Source: Bugula neritina
Taxonomy: Eukaryota; Animalia; Bryozoa
Direction of reading: 5' to 3'
DNA length: 64,000 nt
Assembly: GCA_964035545.1 (NCBI GenBank)
Contig: OZ037768.1
Span: 20,443,700 to 20,507,699 of the forward strand
Numbering within the stretch: the first letter of the stretch is position 1; each line of letters begins with the position of its first letter. Positions 24,601-42,100 of the stretch are shown in pieces. A program made the translations under genes and the position numbers. The notes below the pieces were generated by a model. It did no database searches. It was not told the origin of the DNA and saw only the letters and a program-made list of their open reading frames with translations.

Positions 24601-27600
24601 TATTATTTTCATGAAAATATTTTCGAACTATTCCATAACACAAAACTATACTAGAAATATATTTACTATAAACTATTAGAGAATCGGTTTGCTTGTCAGC
24701 TGTTTTTGTCATTAGCATTTATTATTATCTTTGTATATTCTTCCTAGAAAGAGTTTAAGTGATTTTGTTGTATTAACTCTATATATTTCTCCTAGAAAGT
24801 GACTTTGTTGTACATGGATTTGTGAGTTACGCAGAGTATACTTGTAGATCTCCCTGACCAAACCACCGTCTTTCAATGAAACCGCCATCAATGAAACTCT
24901 ACGGAAAACTGAAAAATTTGACTTCTCTTTTGACAAAGTGTTTGATCAGAGTTCTGGCCAATCAGACATCTTTGAAGAGATCTCACAGCTGGTTCAGGTA
25001 GATAAACGGGTTTATTAGTGTGAGAGGTCAGTGTTGGTTATTTGATCTCTACAGTGGTTTAACACATGATGAATCTCTTGATGCTGCACACACCTATGTG
25101 CATGTCTTGAACAAACACCACACACACTCACGCCTATGTAGGCACACACGGACATAATTTATATATTATATTTTGGTGTAATATTTCAGTTGACATAACT
25201 TGGATTGTCTAATGTAACTGTAATTAGAGGTATAAATGTGAGTGCAATGCATTTATCACACTGAGTGCCGGGTGGGGTATTGTGTGTAACAAGCAGCGGT
25301 GGAAAGGTGGTTTGTGCCAAATACAACATAGAGTGAAAATATCATATTCAGTAATGTTACTAAATATATATAATACTTGACCCCCCCAATAGCACTCTGT
25401 AGTAAGCAAGACAGCCTTTGCTGTTTTTAGTGCTCTCAGTTTCAGTAGGCTAATTTCAAGTATCCCATTGAAACATGTTTGGGAGTTGTCTGACCACATG
25501 AGTTAGCAGAAGCTGGGTTTCCCTGTAGCATTTGTATACTTCTTGTATCTAATTGTAACTCTAAGGGATTTTATGTTCAAACAGTTTGTCGATTCACTAG
25601 TTTAAAGTTAACTTTTGTTTCCAGTTTAGTTTATTTCTCAAAATGAAGTGTTTAACTTCTACTGTTGGCAGAGTGCACTAGATGGATACAATGTCTGCAT
25701 ATTCGCCTACGGCCAGACAGGCTCAGGAAAGACCTACACCATGCAAGGGCCGGATATGCCAACAGACTCCTCAGAAGGGGTCATACCTCGCTCTATAGCT
25801 CAGATATTCCAATCAGCATCACAGCTTGAACACATGGGGTGGAAGGTATGTGTGGTGTGATAATATTGTCTCTACCCTATGCATGCTTCCTGTAGACACT
25901 GATTCTGTAACAGCTAAGTGTGTCATTTGTTCACAATATTTTATGTGACTCCACTTTATGGTATTCGGGATTGTTGAGATAATCAATTTTCACAGCGTTT
26001 AATTAGCATCAAGTTATGTCTCTAAGCTGTAATATTGTTACAATTTTTATATTATCTTTTAATTTGAAGCTTTATATAACTTTAAAGCCTGTAGTTTTTT
26101 TGCTGGTAGTACACCATCGAAGCCAGTTTCCTCGAGATCTACAACGAGAAGATATTTGATCTGCTGGGTAATCCTGGCAAACCGGAGAAACATGAGATTC
26201 AGACTGCATCTGGAGATGTCGTGGTGACCAATTTGATGGTTGTTAATGTAGGGCATCCGGCACAGGTACGTGATGCACACCTGTAGAATAATGGCAGCTT
26301 CATTCGTCATCTCTCTCTCAAGCAGTGCGTTAACGAGCCAAGATATTAACAGTTGCAACAACGAAATGCAATACATCTGTTACTCTATTCTGCAGCCAGC
26401 CTACTACTATTCTTAGTGTTATTCCACTTTGCAGTCAGCATTGTGCTATTCGTAAGATTATTCTAATTTGCTGTCAGCGTTGCGCTATTCGTAAGATTAT
26501 TCTAATTTTCTGTCAGCGTTGTGCTATTCATAAGGTTATTCTAATTTGCTGTCGGTGTTGTGCTATTCGTAGGTCAAAGGTCTCATGGAGACAGCTGTGA
26601 AGAACCGCCACGTAGCAGAGACAATGCTCAATGCCAAGTCATCCAGGAGCCATTCAGTGTTTACTCTCAAAATAAAAGGAGTGAATAGTACCACCTCCGA
26701 GACTTGCGCTGGTATGTGACGCGCTCTGAGTGACAGCTCATGTGTGTGTCTAGACGTCTCGTATGCTGATGCAAAGATGTTGCTTGTGCAGATCAAAATA
26801 TTTTGATTGAATTGATCATTTTAGTAGCTTGTAATTACTGGTACTTAAAATTTTATAATTTTGTGAAATCTATTTAATAGAACTTGCCGCATCCATACTT
26901 GTCACAAACAGCTCTGTGTTTGTGTCGTAGGGAAGCTGCATCTAGTTGATCTGGCGGGATCGGAACGTCTGAAAGAGTCGAAGGCTGAAGGCGAGCGACT
27001 GAAAGAGGCGTGTTGCATCAACACTAGTCTGTCAGCGCTAGGCAACGTCATCATGTCACTAGCTGCCAAGGTCAGTGTGAGATGTTTCAATGTGCGTTAA
27101 GAGTTGTCCCATCTCCTTAGTTGATTTTATCAAATACGATCTAGCAGAATTCTATTGTATTGATTATGTAATATGTTGCAGAAGTCCCATGTGCCATTCA
27201 GGGATAGCAAGCTGACTTATTTACTGCAAAACTCGCTGGGAGGCAACTCCAAAACACTTATGTTCATCAATGTTTCACCAAGAGAAGAGCATTTCAGTGA
27301 ATCTATCAACAGTCTCAGATTTGCCACAAAGGTGAGGAATAAAACGCGGCAGACTCCGGCCTGGTGGTGACTCCGAATCAGTGCTCTTTGACAACCCGTC
27401 CTCTTGTGCTCATATTTTTCAGCTGTGTTTGGTTTTTTGTGCATTTTTATGGTTGAAAATTGTGTTTGAATTAGAGTGTTATACATATTTTGTTTACTTG
27501 AATTGATTTTTGGAATAAATTTATTTTTAATTGCTAATGTACCTAATACTCATGCTTTATTCACCTGTCTCGACGTTCTTGCTGAATGCGCAAGTATTTA

Positions 27601-27791
27601 GTATTTTATGAACAAGGAGGTGGATTTAATACATTGTGAGGGGCTTTGTACTTTAATTGGATACTGCTCGCTATGGAGTTGTCTTTTATAACACAGACTC
27701 AAATATTCATGTCCTGCATCTGTATGCTCAACTTATCTGATTGTAGGTAAACAACTGCTCTATTGGGACAGCAAAAAAGGTCATTAAATAG
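18657..27791 (+). CDS. KIFC1: Kinesin-14 C-terminal motor (KIFC1/HSET/XCTK2/Ncd-like), ~636 aa; exons 18657-18719, 18837-18900, 19176-19280, 19761-19831, 20114-20287, 20721-20857, 23490-23611, 24042-24166, 24488-24583, 24848-24997, 25672-25845, 26110-26265, 26573-26711, 26931-27070, 27182-27331, 27747-27791
   Basis: Basic tail, [11 protein letters not shown] motif, coiled coil, kinesin-14 neck [25 protein letters not shown]-loop GQTGSGKT, switch I SSRSH, switch [51 protein letters not shown]. 16 exons in phase (1911 nt). Confidence 0.93.
19391..19525. mobile_element. Small (~135 bp) fold-back/MITE-like element
   Basis: Ends CTACATTCCCATTGCTT and AAGCAATGGGAACGCAG form a 17-bp inverted repeat with 2 mismatches; no clear TSD. 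Confidence 0.5.
20318..20405. repeat. 20-bp minisatellite (TTTATAGATTACTATTAGTR)n
   Basis: About 4 tandem units after the kinesin donor at 20288, with degenerate copies to ~20520. Confidence 0.8.
20988..23385. repeat. ~2.4-kb polypyrimidine (CT/CAC-rich) satellite in kinesin intron
   Basis: Units such as CACCTCTCCTCTCTCT; no G seen by eye on the + strand. Confidence 0.97.
26434..26572 (+). repeat. 39-bp tandem repeat (3.5 copies) ending at a kinesin splice acceptor
   Basis: Unit GTCAGCGTTGTGCTATTCGTAAGATTATTCTAATTTGCT at 26434, 26473, 26512, 26551 (partial). Confidence 0.9.
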
Positions 27792-28519
27792 ACTGTGAAC
27801 AAAGCTGCACCAATTCACAAAAACGCTTCAATATATAACTACATTATATAGACAAAAGGAAAACCAGTTTGGAATTATGGTGTAGAATGTAGAAATATAT
27901 ATTTTTAGAACTATATGTTACCTATCAAATTGCTTTTACCTTTTTTCCATGTGAAGCTTCAGTCAAAAGCATATATCATTTATAGCTCAAAAATATTAAA
28001 TATTGCAAAAGTGAGAAACGGACCTCTAAACTAGGCATACATTGAGCACAAGTGTAATTTGGTTTCATTCACATTATTTCGCACTTGAAATTTTATTGTA
28101 TATTACTTTACTTTTAAATTTTTAAATATTACTGTATTTAATAGTTAACTGTATTGCTATATGATTTTTGTGCAGTTATGTAATAAAATAATCAACACAA
28201 TTGGCAACATTTAATTCTATATCTTGTTTGTTTAAGCCATACACAATAAGTATTCTGGCTCCCCATATTTTAATTAGATGACCACACCTCAGCCATTACC
28301 TGACTCACATATCTAATAATTCCCACGCAACTGTTTAATACCAGAAGAGTAATGTTACTATAATAGTTGAGGTTTTATTACATAAATTGATCACCATGTA
28401 CTCAGCCTGACCACCCTTTATATTAAAAAAGGTCTAATGAAATGACTGCATAAATTATGTACAATACAAGTTCACATTACTAGTGCTGACTGACTCATCA
28501 ACACTGGAAGCAGCAGGAT

Positions 28520-31903
<3,384 letters not shown>

Positions 31904-33130
31904 CTATAATTTTGTTTCTTTCTCTGTCTGTTCGTCGATTTGTGCTATAACAACACTGTTTCTATCAAAAGCATTACATTTTGCATTTTCATCGTTAACT
32001 AATTTTTAAAGACATAACATTTTGTTGCAAAAATTTAAATATTGCAAAATATATACTTTGATTTTAATAAGTGTAATTACTAGAATTATTATTGTTGAAA
32101 ATCAATAAGTCCCGAAGTTTTACTGAAAAGACAACTCTGAAAAATAATCTTGTTCGATGTATCTTTACAGAATTTCATTGAATAATGCACCTCAATTACG
32201 AATAGAAAATAAACATTATTGTAAAAACAAATTGACACACAATATGATACATTCAGATCAAAGCATTACCTATATAAAACCTGGGCATCCATTATACAAG
32301 CATCTAATGTTAAAAGGAGTTCACATCACATTATCTATGGCCAAAAGCAAATCGGACTGAAAATTCGTTTGGAGCCTAAAACTATATTTGTAATAATATA
32401 ATGATTACTACAGCCAAAACTGCAAACTCCAGAAGAGATTCAAACGTGATATTTACTAATTGTATAATAATTAAACAAAATTGAGTCAAGAATTCTTCAG
32501 AACTATTATTTGACTAGCAATATGCAGGACAATAACACTTGGTAAGATCTGTAAACTGGCTTTTATTCGGCAGTAAAAAACAAAGAAAAAGAATTTCTTA
32601 TAGTAGTAAACGTTAGATATTGATCAATATTAACCTTTGTAAATTGAAGTGTTAAGTTTTAGAATTCTCTAACTGCAAAGTATATCTTAAAAGACAACAA
32701 CAGCTTGACTAAAAACATTTAACTAGGATCATTGTAATATCTCCATTACATGAATTTACAACAGCACAGTGCATGAAATATTGTAAAGAGCAACACAGAA
32801 AAAAAAACACACCCACAGCTATTTTTACTAGTAGCATGTAACCAAGTTTTGAAAGCAGTGGGTTCACAGTCTAGTTTTTGACAACTATGTAGAGGTTGAG
32901 GTTTTGTCAGTTCAATTTTTCCTAATAATGAATGGTGAATACAGAGTTTCATCTCTGCTGGGTTCTGCTATACTACGTTGGTAGATCAAGTTGCTCTTCG
33001 AGACTTGGAATGGTGATGACTAGACGCAGATTGTGGCATAGTGCAATAACGTGAGTACATCCTCAGCTGCATGGAATTCTCACGCAGTTACTAGAGTGTG
33101 AGATGCCTTAGATACAGTAGTTTCTGGAAC

Positions 33131-36100
33131 TTAGCCCATCCAGTCAGGTTTTTGGCCCATGTGAAACTCCTTTATGCAGAGATGACAACTCCAGTTACCT
33201 ACAAAAAGTAATCAACTATTATGGCTGTTGAACTTTACTAAATATCAAGATTTAGAAATTTGCAGCGTATGCAGCTAAATATACCAATACCAAGTAGTCT
33301 CCAGCTGTGATGTAATAATACACATTCCCACAATGCAATGTGTTGCGCCTACCAGCATAACATGCATTACTACAACTATACGCAGCACAATAAATGTTGG
33401 TTGCATTACCTTCCGGGGGTTCAGTCAATGGAGGTTTCAGACAATACATATGGTAACCTCTGTCACAGTCATCACAGAACAGCAACTGCTCCTGCATGAG
33501 ACAACAACTCCAATTACTGCATTAAAAAAACTTCAAACTGGGCTACAGTCATTTAACTTAATGTGTTCACAAAATACATTCATATATTAGTGCTCCAATT
33601 AGAATGAATTGATTATAATGAGACTGAAGCAAACAGCAGATTACATTTTGAAAACTCTTGACAATAAGTAGTATATAAAATGGCTATAGGCAATGAACTC
33701 TGTGCGAGATGACAACCCTAATAAAGGACACACACAAGAGATGACAACTACCAGCAGTCACATGGTACTTACATCATTCTCCGATGTGCCACATAATCCA
33801 CATGACTTGCACTCAATGCACTGCCATGGGTACTTCCTCACTGATATCTTCATGTTGTCAGTGAACTGTAGACAAGTTGGGTGACCTTCAAATAGTAGAG
33901 ATACTTGGCATAACAATTACTAGCTACAGTATGGTATATTATTAGCTACAATATGATATATTACTAGCTACAGTGTATTATATTACTAGCTACAGTGTAT
34001 TATATTACTAACTACAGTATATTATATTACTAACTACAGTATATTATATTACTAGCTACAGGATATTATATTACTAACTATAGTATATTATATTACTAGG
34101 TACAGTATATTATATTACTAGCTAAAGCATATTATACTACTAGCTAAAGTATATTATACTACTAGCTAAAGTGTATTATATTACTAGCTACAGTATATTA
34201 TATTACTAACTACAGTGTATTATATTATTAGCTACAGTGTATTATATTACTAGCTATACTATATTATGTGTACACCATGTACATGACATGCATATAATGC
34301 GAATAGAGCACCTACCGGATCTGCCGCAATCAGCACATGACACCATCTCTTCAGGTGCTTTAGACTTCTTGTTTAGATTTGCATCTCCCAGGCAGAAGTC
34401 ACAGTAATCGTTGGGAATCTGCACAATGTAGAACATATAATATAATAACTATTGTATAAATGTAGAACATATAATATAGTAACTATTGTATAAATATACT
34501 ACAAGCAACTACAAAAAACATATTTTTTAGTTAATATTTAAGTGTTTCAACTCAATAATGAACAGAAAATTTGTGATATCTTGTAAGGTAAATTCAAGAA
34601 CATAATTATATATAGATGTTTAGTATAATTGAGAGAGAACACGATTCATAGAGGAAACAGATTAGTACACAGATTACACTTCAAAGTCAGCTCTACAAAG
34701 ACAATTAAGAGACATAATTAGTCTTTCAAGGTACATCAGTTTATTGTAGAAGAGCTGAAACTATTCAATAGTAACTCGGTTCAGTGTAAACATAGTCAGA
34801 ACTGTCATAACAGCATGCTTGGTTAGTGAGACAGTAGCAGAGCTAGTATACAGTAGCAGCACTTATAGGTTGAGGTTGAGGCAGCATATTATACAGAACT
34901 TCAGAGTCTTCAATAACTGCACTAAACTGCTAGCATAGAGCTGATGCATAATTTAGACTAAAGAACAATTAGCTTTGTTTAGGTTGAAAGGCAGTAGTAC
35001 CCCAACCCTCCCAATGTAGATCAAACAGAGAAGTTGGTCTCAAACTAATAACAATATATTTGAAAACAAGTCAGCCATATTTACCAATGAGCTGCACATG
35101 CATTTTTTATGAAATTATTAGCTTATAACACTAGACAGTGATTAGTCCATAACACCAGACACCTGTTAGTCAATGACATCAGACACTGTTAGTCTATGAC
35201 ATCAGACACCTGTTAGTCTATGACATCAGACACCTGTTAGTCAATGACATCAGACACCTGTTAGTCAATGACATCAGACACTACGTCATATCAGGAGTTA
35301 GAATTGCAACATTTTCTTCAAGTCTCAAATTGGTTGATAACTTATAAGTTGCAGGTGTTTTAGAGACAAGATGTAAAAATAAGACTAAAGATTTAAACAA
35401 TGAAAATACAGCAGCTCAGTGTAAACTCTCAGTCCATGTGAGGAATGAAGATGTTTCAAGCTGGTATATTCCAACACTGTGATCATACCACATGGGAGAG
35501 AGTGTACACTGATCTACCACAAAGAATTAAGAGTTACCTCCCTTGCATGCAACATGCTAGAACTGGTCACCACAGCGGGTAGAAAGCAACAGGGTCAGTG
35601 AGACAATTGCACAGCTCAGCTAAACTAAATATAAAGCGAGAACATACAGGATTCTTTACTTTATCTTTCGACGTTGAAGACGAGGGGGTTGGAGGGTCAA
35701 CCGCCTTAACAAGAGCTTCCAAGTGTGGGATTTCAGACTGCATAGGAAGGACTGGGGGGTGAGTCATGGCCGGCTCCTCCTTACCAACATGGTGGCAGTG
35801 AGACATGTGGTACTCCAGGCCTGTCCGCGTCTTGTACCGAGATGAGCACACTACAGAGACGTAATAGTAATTACATAGTATATCACAGTGACTACAGAGT
35901 ATACCACAGTAACTACAGAGTATACCACAGTGACTACAGAGTATACCACAGTAACTACAGAGTATACCACAGTAGCTACAGAGTGTACTACCATGACTAC
36001 AGAGTGCACCACAGTAGCTACAGGGTGTACTACAGTAACTACGGAGTATACCACAGTGACTACACAATATACACCAAGCTGAGTGAGTTTCACACATATT

Positions 36101-39100
36101 CTCATAACTAACAAAGAATGTCACAGAACTAACTGTCGCAGGAAAACGGCTTATCATCCACGACTTCGTGACGAGTGCTCCGGCGACCTGCCCGTGACCC
36201 CCCTGTGTCGCGCTTCTTCGACTTCTTGCGTTTGGAGCTGGAGTCTTCAAAGTCGCTGTCGTCACCATCATGATCGAAGGCATCATCCAGGTCATCAAAG
36301 TCATCGAGCTCCTCGTACTGAGGAATGCTGCCAAACCTGTGGGTGACATGACGCTGTAGAAATGATGCCTCTTGAGAGATGTGGGTATCACACCAGCTTT
36401 TGGGTGAGTTTATATGTATATGAAGTTCAGCATGAACAAGAACACTTTTTACTGATACAATAACATGCATAGTCTAGACTGGTTGAAGTGTGTCTAGAGT
36501 CTAAGTGAACACAATGAAAGATCATCTGCTAGAGAGAGATATTAGAGCATAAGTCTTTGGACATTTTATATAAATGTTGAATAAAATTCACAAAACATGA
36601 AAAAAGTATTTGCTTCATTTAGGATAAAATATTCAGTAGCTCTAAATTCAATTCAAATTGAAGTCAAAATTAAAATAATATGAGCCGTCTGATTATTTGT
36701 AACCACCATTTTCATCCCTTCTAATTCTGATTATCTTTCTAGTAAACGTAAACCATAAATGTATCCAACAATCACCCAACATCTCATATATGCTGTAATG
36801 TTTCATCAGTCACAAGCAACACGTGCCAAGATCTTTCTAGAACAAAGCTGTAAATGTGTAAATCCTGTGACAAGACTGCTATTACCAGTTTACATTGACT
36901 CTTAAGTCACACTGAGATATGAAACAGTTGTTCCTTGTTACCATTTATCTTTGTCAGTCACAGCTTTGAGGCTGACAGTGGGATCCAGCGCTGCTTCGGC
37001 CACCAGCTCATCAACATGGCCGCCCATGGCTACCGCTGCCACGGGGTCAATCAGTGGCTCGCCTGTCACAACAACTTCCCTCTTTCTTTTCCTCCACTTC
37101 CTGGCAGGATAGGAGTATATCTGCCCTTCTCGTATTCCTGCATAGAGAAGGTAACTCCAGTGATATATGATGCCAATTTCAGTTACTCTATTGTGCAGCA
37201 TGCAGTGATATAGGATGTTAAGTAAGATAAGTTCTAACTTAAATTTAGATATAATTCCATTAACTAAAAGTTAACAAATGCTATTACTATATGTTATACT
37301 GGCTAGAAGCGCATTTGTTTTAATGCCGATATAGATTTCAATATCACAGCCTATTCATGATTTCTTTGCATTTTTATATTAAAACACACTGTAGTAACAG
37401 TGAATCTTAGAGGTATGGAGTGTATTGTATAAATAATGAGCTTTTCTCATCATTTAAAAATTGTCTCCCCTGTCAAATCTGACTTTTTGAAGTAAAATTA
37501 GAAGTAAAACTAATAGAAATGTTGCACTGTATAATTAACATTTCCAAAAGTAAACATAGATCATTCACACTAAAAGATAGTAGAGCTGGTAGCCTGAAAT
37601 TGAAAAACATCAAGGACTCTATGAGAAGGAACACAACTCCAAATAAAATATAATTCAATAAATATTTCCACTTTCATACAGTAAACCTAAATTGTACAAA
37701 ATAATAGCCCACAGCTAGTATTCTATCAGAAAAAACAACAATAAAAAAGTTAGAATAAAGTAAACTTGGAGTAAAGCCAGTACCAAAGACTTTGAAGTAA
37801 TTATCAGCAGTAAGTTTTGTTGCTACCTACTAGAGCATAAAGAAAACAGGCTTTGTAAGAAGTCAGTTCTATAGAATAATTAGAATATATAAAGACGAAG
37901 AGAAGTAAAGTAGGAGGCAAAGAATATAATTATATAAACAGAGTAGAATAGAAGCAATTGAGTATTTAAACAGTTCATTACAAATCAATCAGACGTCTAT
38001 TATTTCATTGAAATTCAAGTCTATAGGAAATGAGAGTAAGTTAATACTTCACAACACTGTGGAATATCAAGCCGTAAACAATTGCAGCCAATGCAATAGC
38101 TCTATATTGTTTCCTTTCAGTACTAATACTAACTAGACCAACTCCACTCTGTAACTGAATGTTGGAGAGATACTAGAAAGCACAATGAGGTCTTCGTTGG
38201 CAATGTTCTCTCAAGATAGGTTTAGTCAAGTACAGGCCATGAAAGAGGAGTTGATATCATTGAAGAAAAGCAACATGTTGAAAGATGATACAATAGCATT
38301 TCTACAGAGGGAGAAGGAAAACCTCATCAGAGAGGTGAGAGCATAGTCTAGGTTCTGAGGCTTGTTATAGCATGAGTCTCTATTAAAGGATTAGCATTTT
38401 TGGAGAGTTTGCTTTATTTCATAGCTAAGTTTTCAAGCTACTGATATGAGGTATGACAATATATTGAACAAAAAATACTGCAATTCTGTACTTACTCTAG
38501 TTAGCAAGAATTCGTATGGAGCATATAATACAGTGTAGGAAACATATATATATTCATATCTTGTACTATATATATCTAAGATAGTTGGCTGCTTTGTAGC
38601 ATACAGAGTGATAGTTTCATGTATAAAATTTAATGGAGCAAACAATAAATAAATACTTTCAACACACCCATGTTTGTTGTTTATAGTGAATGTTTGGATG
38701 TATACTTCAAATTATAAATATAAACAACACCTTCGGTAGCTGGAGAAATACAACAAATATTCACCAGCATTTTTATTATTGGTGTAAGTTCTTACTTAGT
38801 CAATCGGACCATTTGATATGCTTACTAGCAATATATTTCAGCTAAATAGAAACTTATTAGAAGCAGTTGATTTCATGTGGTTATGTAGGCCTACAAGTCA
38901 AGGACAGCCAAGAATTTTCAATTAGAAACAAACTTTTACCGAACTGCATTCTATGTCACTAGGTGAGACACTACGAAGGAATATGTGCCGGAGTTCAAAG
39001 ACATGAACAGGAGTTGAGAAATCTGAGGACAGACATACAACATTGGAAAGTAAGGCCACTGTACCAGACTAATGCATTCTAAAGTATATTAGAAGTTGTT

Positions 39101-42100
39101 TTCTCTTTCAGTATGAAGGTTTGAGAAAAAGTTGCTGAGAAAACACAATATATAGATTTTTAAGTGTGCCTAAATCTCGTTTTTGTGCAACTATACGCTA
39201 TGAGCAAATGTAATGGTTAGGCTTAAACTAAGTTTGAGTAATTTCATAACATTGTTTAAAATAAAAATAACTCATAATCAGTTATGGAAACGCAGTTACA
39301 GCACAAGTATTGATCCATTCTCTTTGTAAAGAATCAAGTTGAAGACAAATTGTGCCTGTGTGTGTGAGTGTGTGTGAGTGTACTGTGTGTGTTGAGATAT
39401 TTTGTGCTGTGGAGGTATTGGACCAGAAATTAGTGAACACCTTTAGCATTAGTTGAAGAGCTACTGCTGGTTGTTTAGGAAGTGGTAAAGAGATATAAAC
39501 ATGCCAGGAAAAGTATTAGCAGAGATAACACTGCACTAGACCCTCAGCACCACAACCTTATCAAAGACCTACAGAATAACCTCAATATCATTCTATCAGA
39601 AGTACCGACAGAAAACAGGTGAGCAGAGACAGAAAGGCAGAAAGGCAGACAGACATACAGAGTCTGATGGGATACAGTTTATGAAAACCATTGAGTATCC
39701 TAGTATTTTTCACATAGCTTTACTAATGACGAATAAATAGGCCCCCATCGATACCTCCTTTTGGGTGTCACCCTACACTTTTCTCTACTTTTTATTAAGC
39801 TTGTTTGATGAAAATGAAATAAAATAGAACAAAAGCTAAAACATACCAAAACATTTACTAAAGGTTACATCTTACAGTTTTATGTTTGTCTGGCTGAATT
39901 GCTGTTTAAGCTGAAATACACACAACTCTACCAACCAGACCATTATAAGGACTCATGTTACGAATAGTCATGGACTCTTGGCAAAACATGCTATGGAGTA
40001 TCAATGTATGTGCAGCTAAAACACTCACAATGATTTCTTCTTGCAGTCTAAATATTCAGAGGCAAGTTGGAGAGATCATTGATAGATCTGAACATGAGAC
40101 GTGTTGGCACCTCCTAGAAGCTACCAACAATGCCCTAGTTGAGATACAGAGCCTCGTCAGCAAATACAAACAGTAAGGAAGCTCACTATAGCTCACTTCA
40201 CACTTTGAACAAATCACAAAAATAAACAAAAACCTTGTTTACAAAAAAGGATCATACCAAACTAAAATTTAAAGCATTCCATATAAGCAATACATCATTT
40301 GTTATTTTTATCAAAAAGAGTTTAAACCTATAGTAAGTTACACAAGCCTGATTATGAGAATAGTAAAAGTTAATTAAAACATGAACTATTTCCATGCTAG
40401 ATTATTACTAAGTGTCACTATCACCATTATTTGTTTTGGATATTTTAAAAGCAAAACTACCAAATTGAACTACCAACACATATATTTGCATCAATTATAT
40501 TGTTTTACTGAAGAAAATATCAACAGTGGCTTTTATGTTCTACATTAATCATTTGAAGGAAACCTATTCCCAAATATACCCGGTAAGTAGAGATTCTGAA
40601 TTTACCTTCAAATTGCACATTATCCTGATATTAACACTTTCTCCTTCAAATTGATCGCTACTCAGACTGTAACCATAAATTTACCCACCCGACAACACAC
40701 TAGTTTACCTTGACAACACACTAGTTTACCTTGACAACACACTAGTTTATCTTGACAACACACTAGTTTACCTTGACAACACACTAGTTTACCTTGACAA
40801 CACACTAGTTTACCTTGACAACATACTTGTTTACCTTGACAACACACTAGTTTATCTTGACAACACACTAGTTTACCTTGACAACATACTTGTTTACCTT
40901 GACAACACACTAGTTTATCTTGACAACACACTAGTTTACCTTGACAACACACTAGTTTATCTTGACAATTGCTGCTGGCAATAAAACACAATTGGCTAAC
41001 TTGGCAATAAAAAGGTGCACAACACAGTCGCACAAGATCAACACAATGTTTTATACTTTTACTACACAATGGTTACCATGACAACACAACATTATTTACA
41101 TTGCGACACAGATGCTGTTTATTTATTTTCTTAATATAAGACATATTCATTTCAAGTTAAAAACATGAATTATAATTAGCACTTTTCACTATATAACAAC
41201 AAACTCGGATGCTGTCAACAAACTTTGCAAAGAATAATTATATTAGGACTTCAAGGTGAAATAATTCCACCATTCCATATCAAATCCAGTATTTTTCCTT
41301 TTTATTAGAAATGTTCCCCATTTGCTAACTAATATTCAAGTTGTTATAGAGCTTTGATCTAACTCAGCTACATACTAAATCAAAGTTATTACTTATTTTA
41401 TTCCTATTTATCAAATATGTTTTTATTCGAAGGGAATTTGCAAACCCAATCCGTAAGTCTTTAACAAAAAGTAAGTCACTGGATGACCATTATTATGGGT
41501 AAGTAGGAGTAAACTATAATAGTATGAAGACATCCCATTACATGTAAATTTAGATTAAAATCTGCAATATTAAATACGAAACCTGCTTGGAAATTAAATC
41601 TGTGCTAATACCTATTACAACAGAGACTTAACCCTCAAACATCAATTTCCTGTGAGGCGTGTCTTCATTGGACAAGATGGGTACGTACAACACAAAACAC
41701 GCCTTGCCCCCCCATCCAACTCCATAAATCTTAGGCTAGATTGAGTAAAACTAACAAAACACCCACAGCAATAGCCCGTTGAACTTGACACACCTTCTCT
41801 CCATACTCAAGAGCCTAATAATACTTAAAACTCCATTCACATTCACCCAGAGTCAATTTTGTCTATCAGAACACTATTCTCACCCTCCACAAAATTTTGT
41901 CTCACTCCATTAAAATATGACAAAAAATTAGTGGAAACAGTTAAATTAATTAATATTTTGGGCTTTTATTGCTAATACATTTCTGACAAGGAACAATTCC
42001 AATGTAATTAGTTTAAAACTAAACAGTGTGCTCATATATTTCATATTATATTTGCGTAAGTAATAACGATGCCTGGCTCAGGTGTCTTTAGCACATGACA

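Noticed and set aside
35851-36133. Cys-rich CSYCGIL repeats suggesting a metal-binding protein
   Set aside because: Intronic 21-bp repeat; removing it restores the canonical DPF C2H2 finger.
41433-41452. 20-nt micro-exon candidate (AAG|...|GTAAGT) in the nested gene
   Set aside because: Its length would break the frame between the flanking phase-2 exons; omitted without RNA data.
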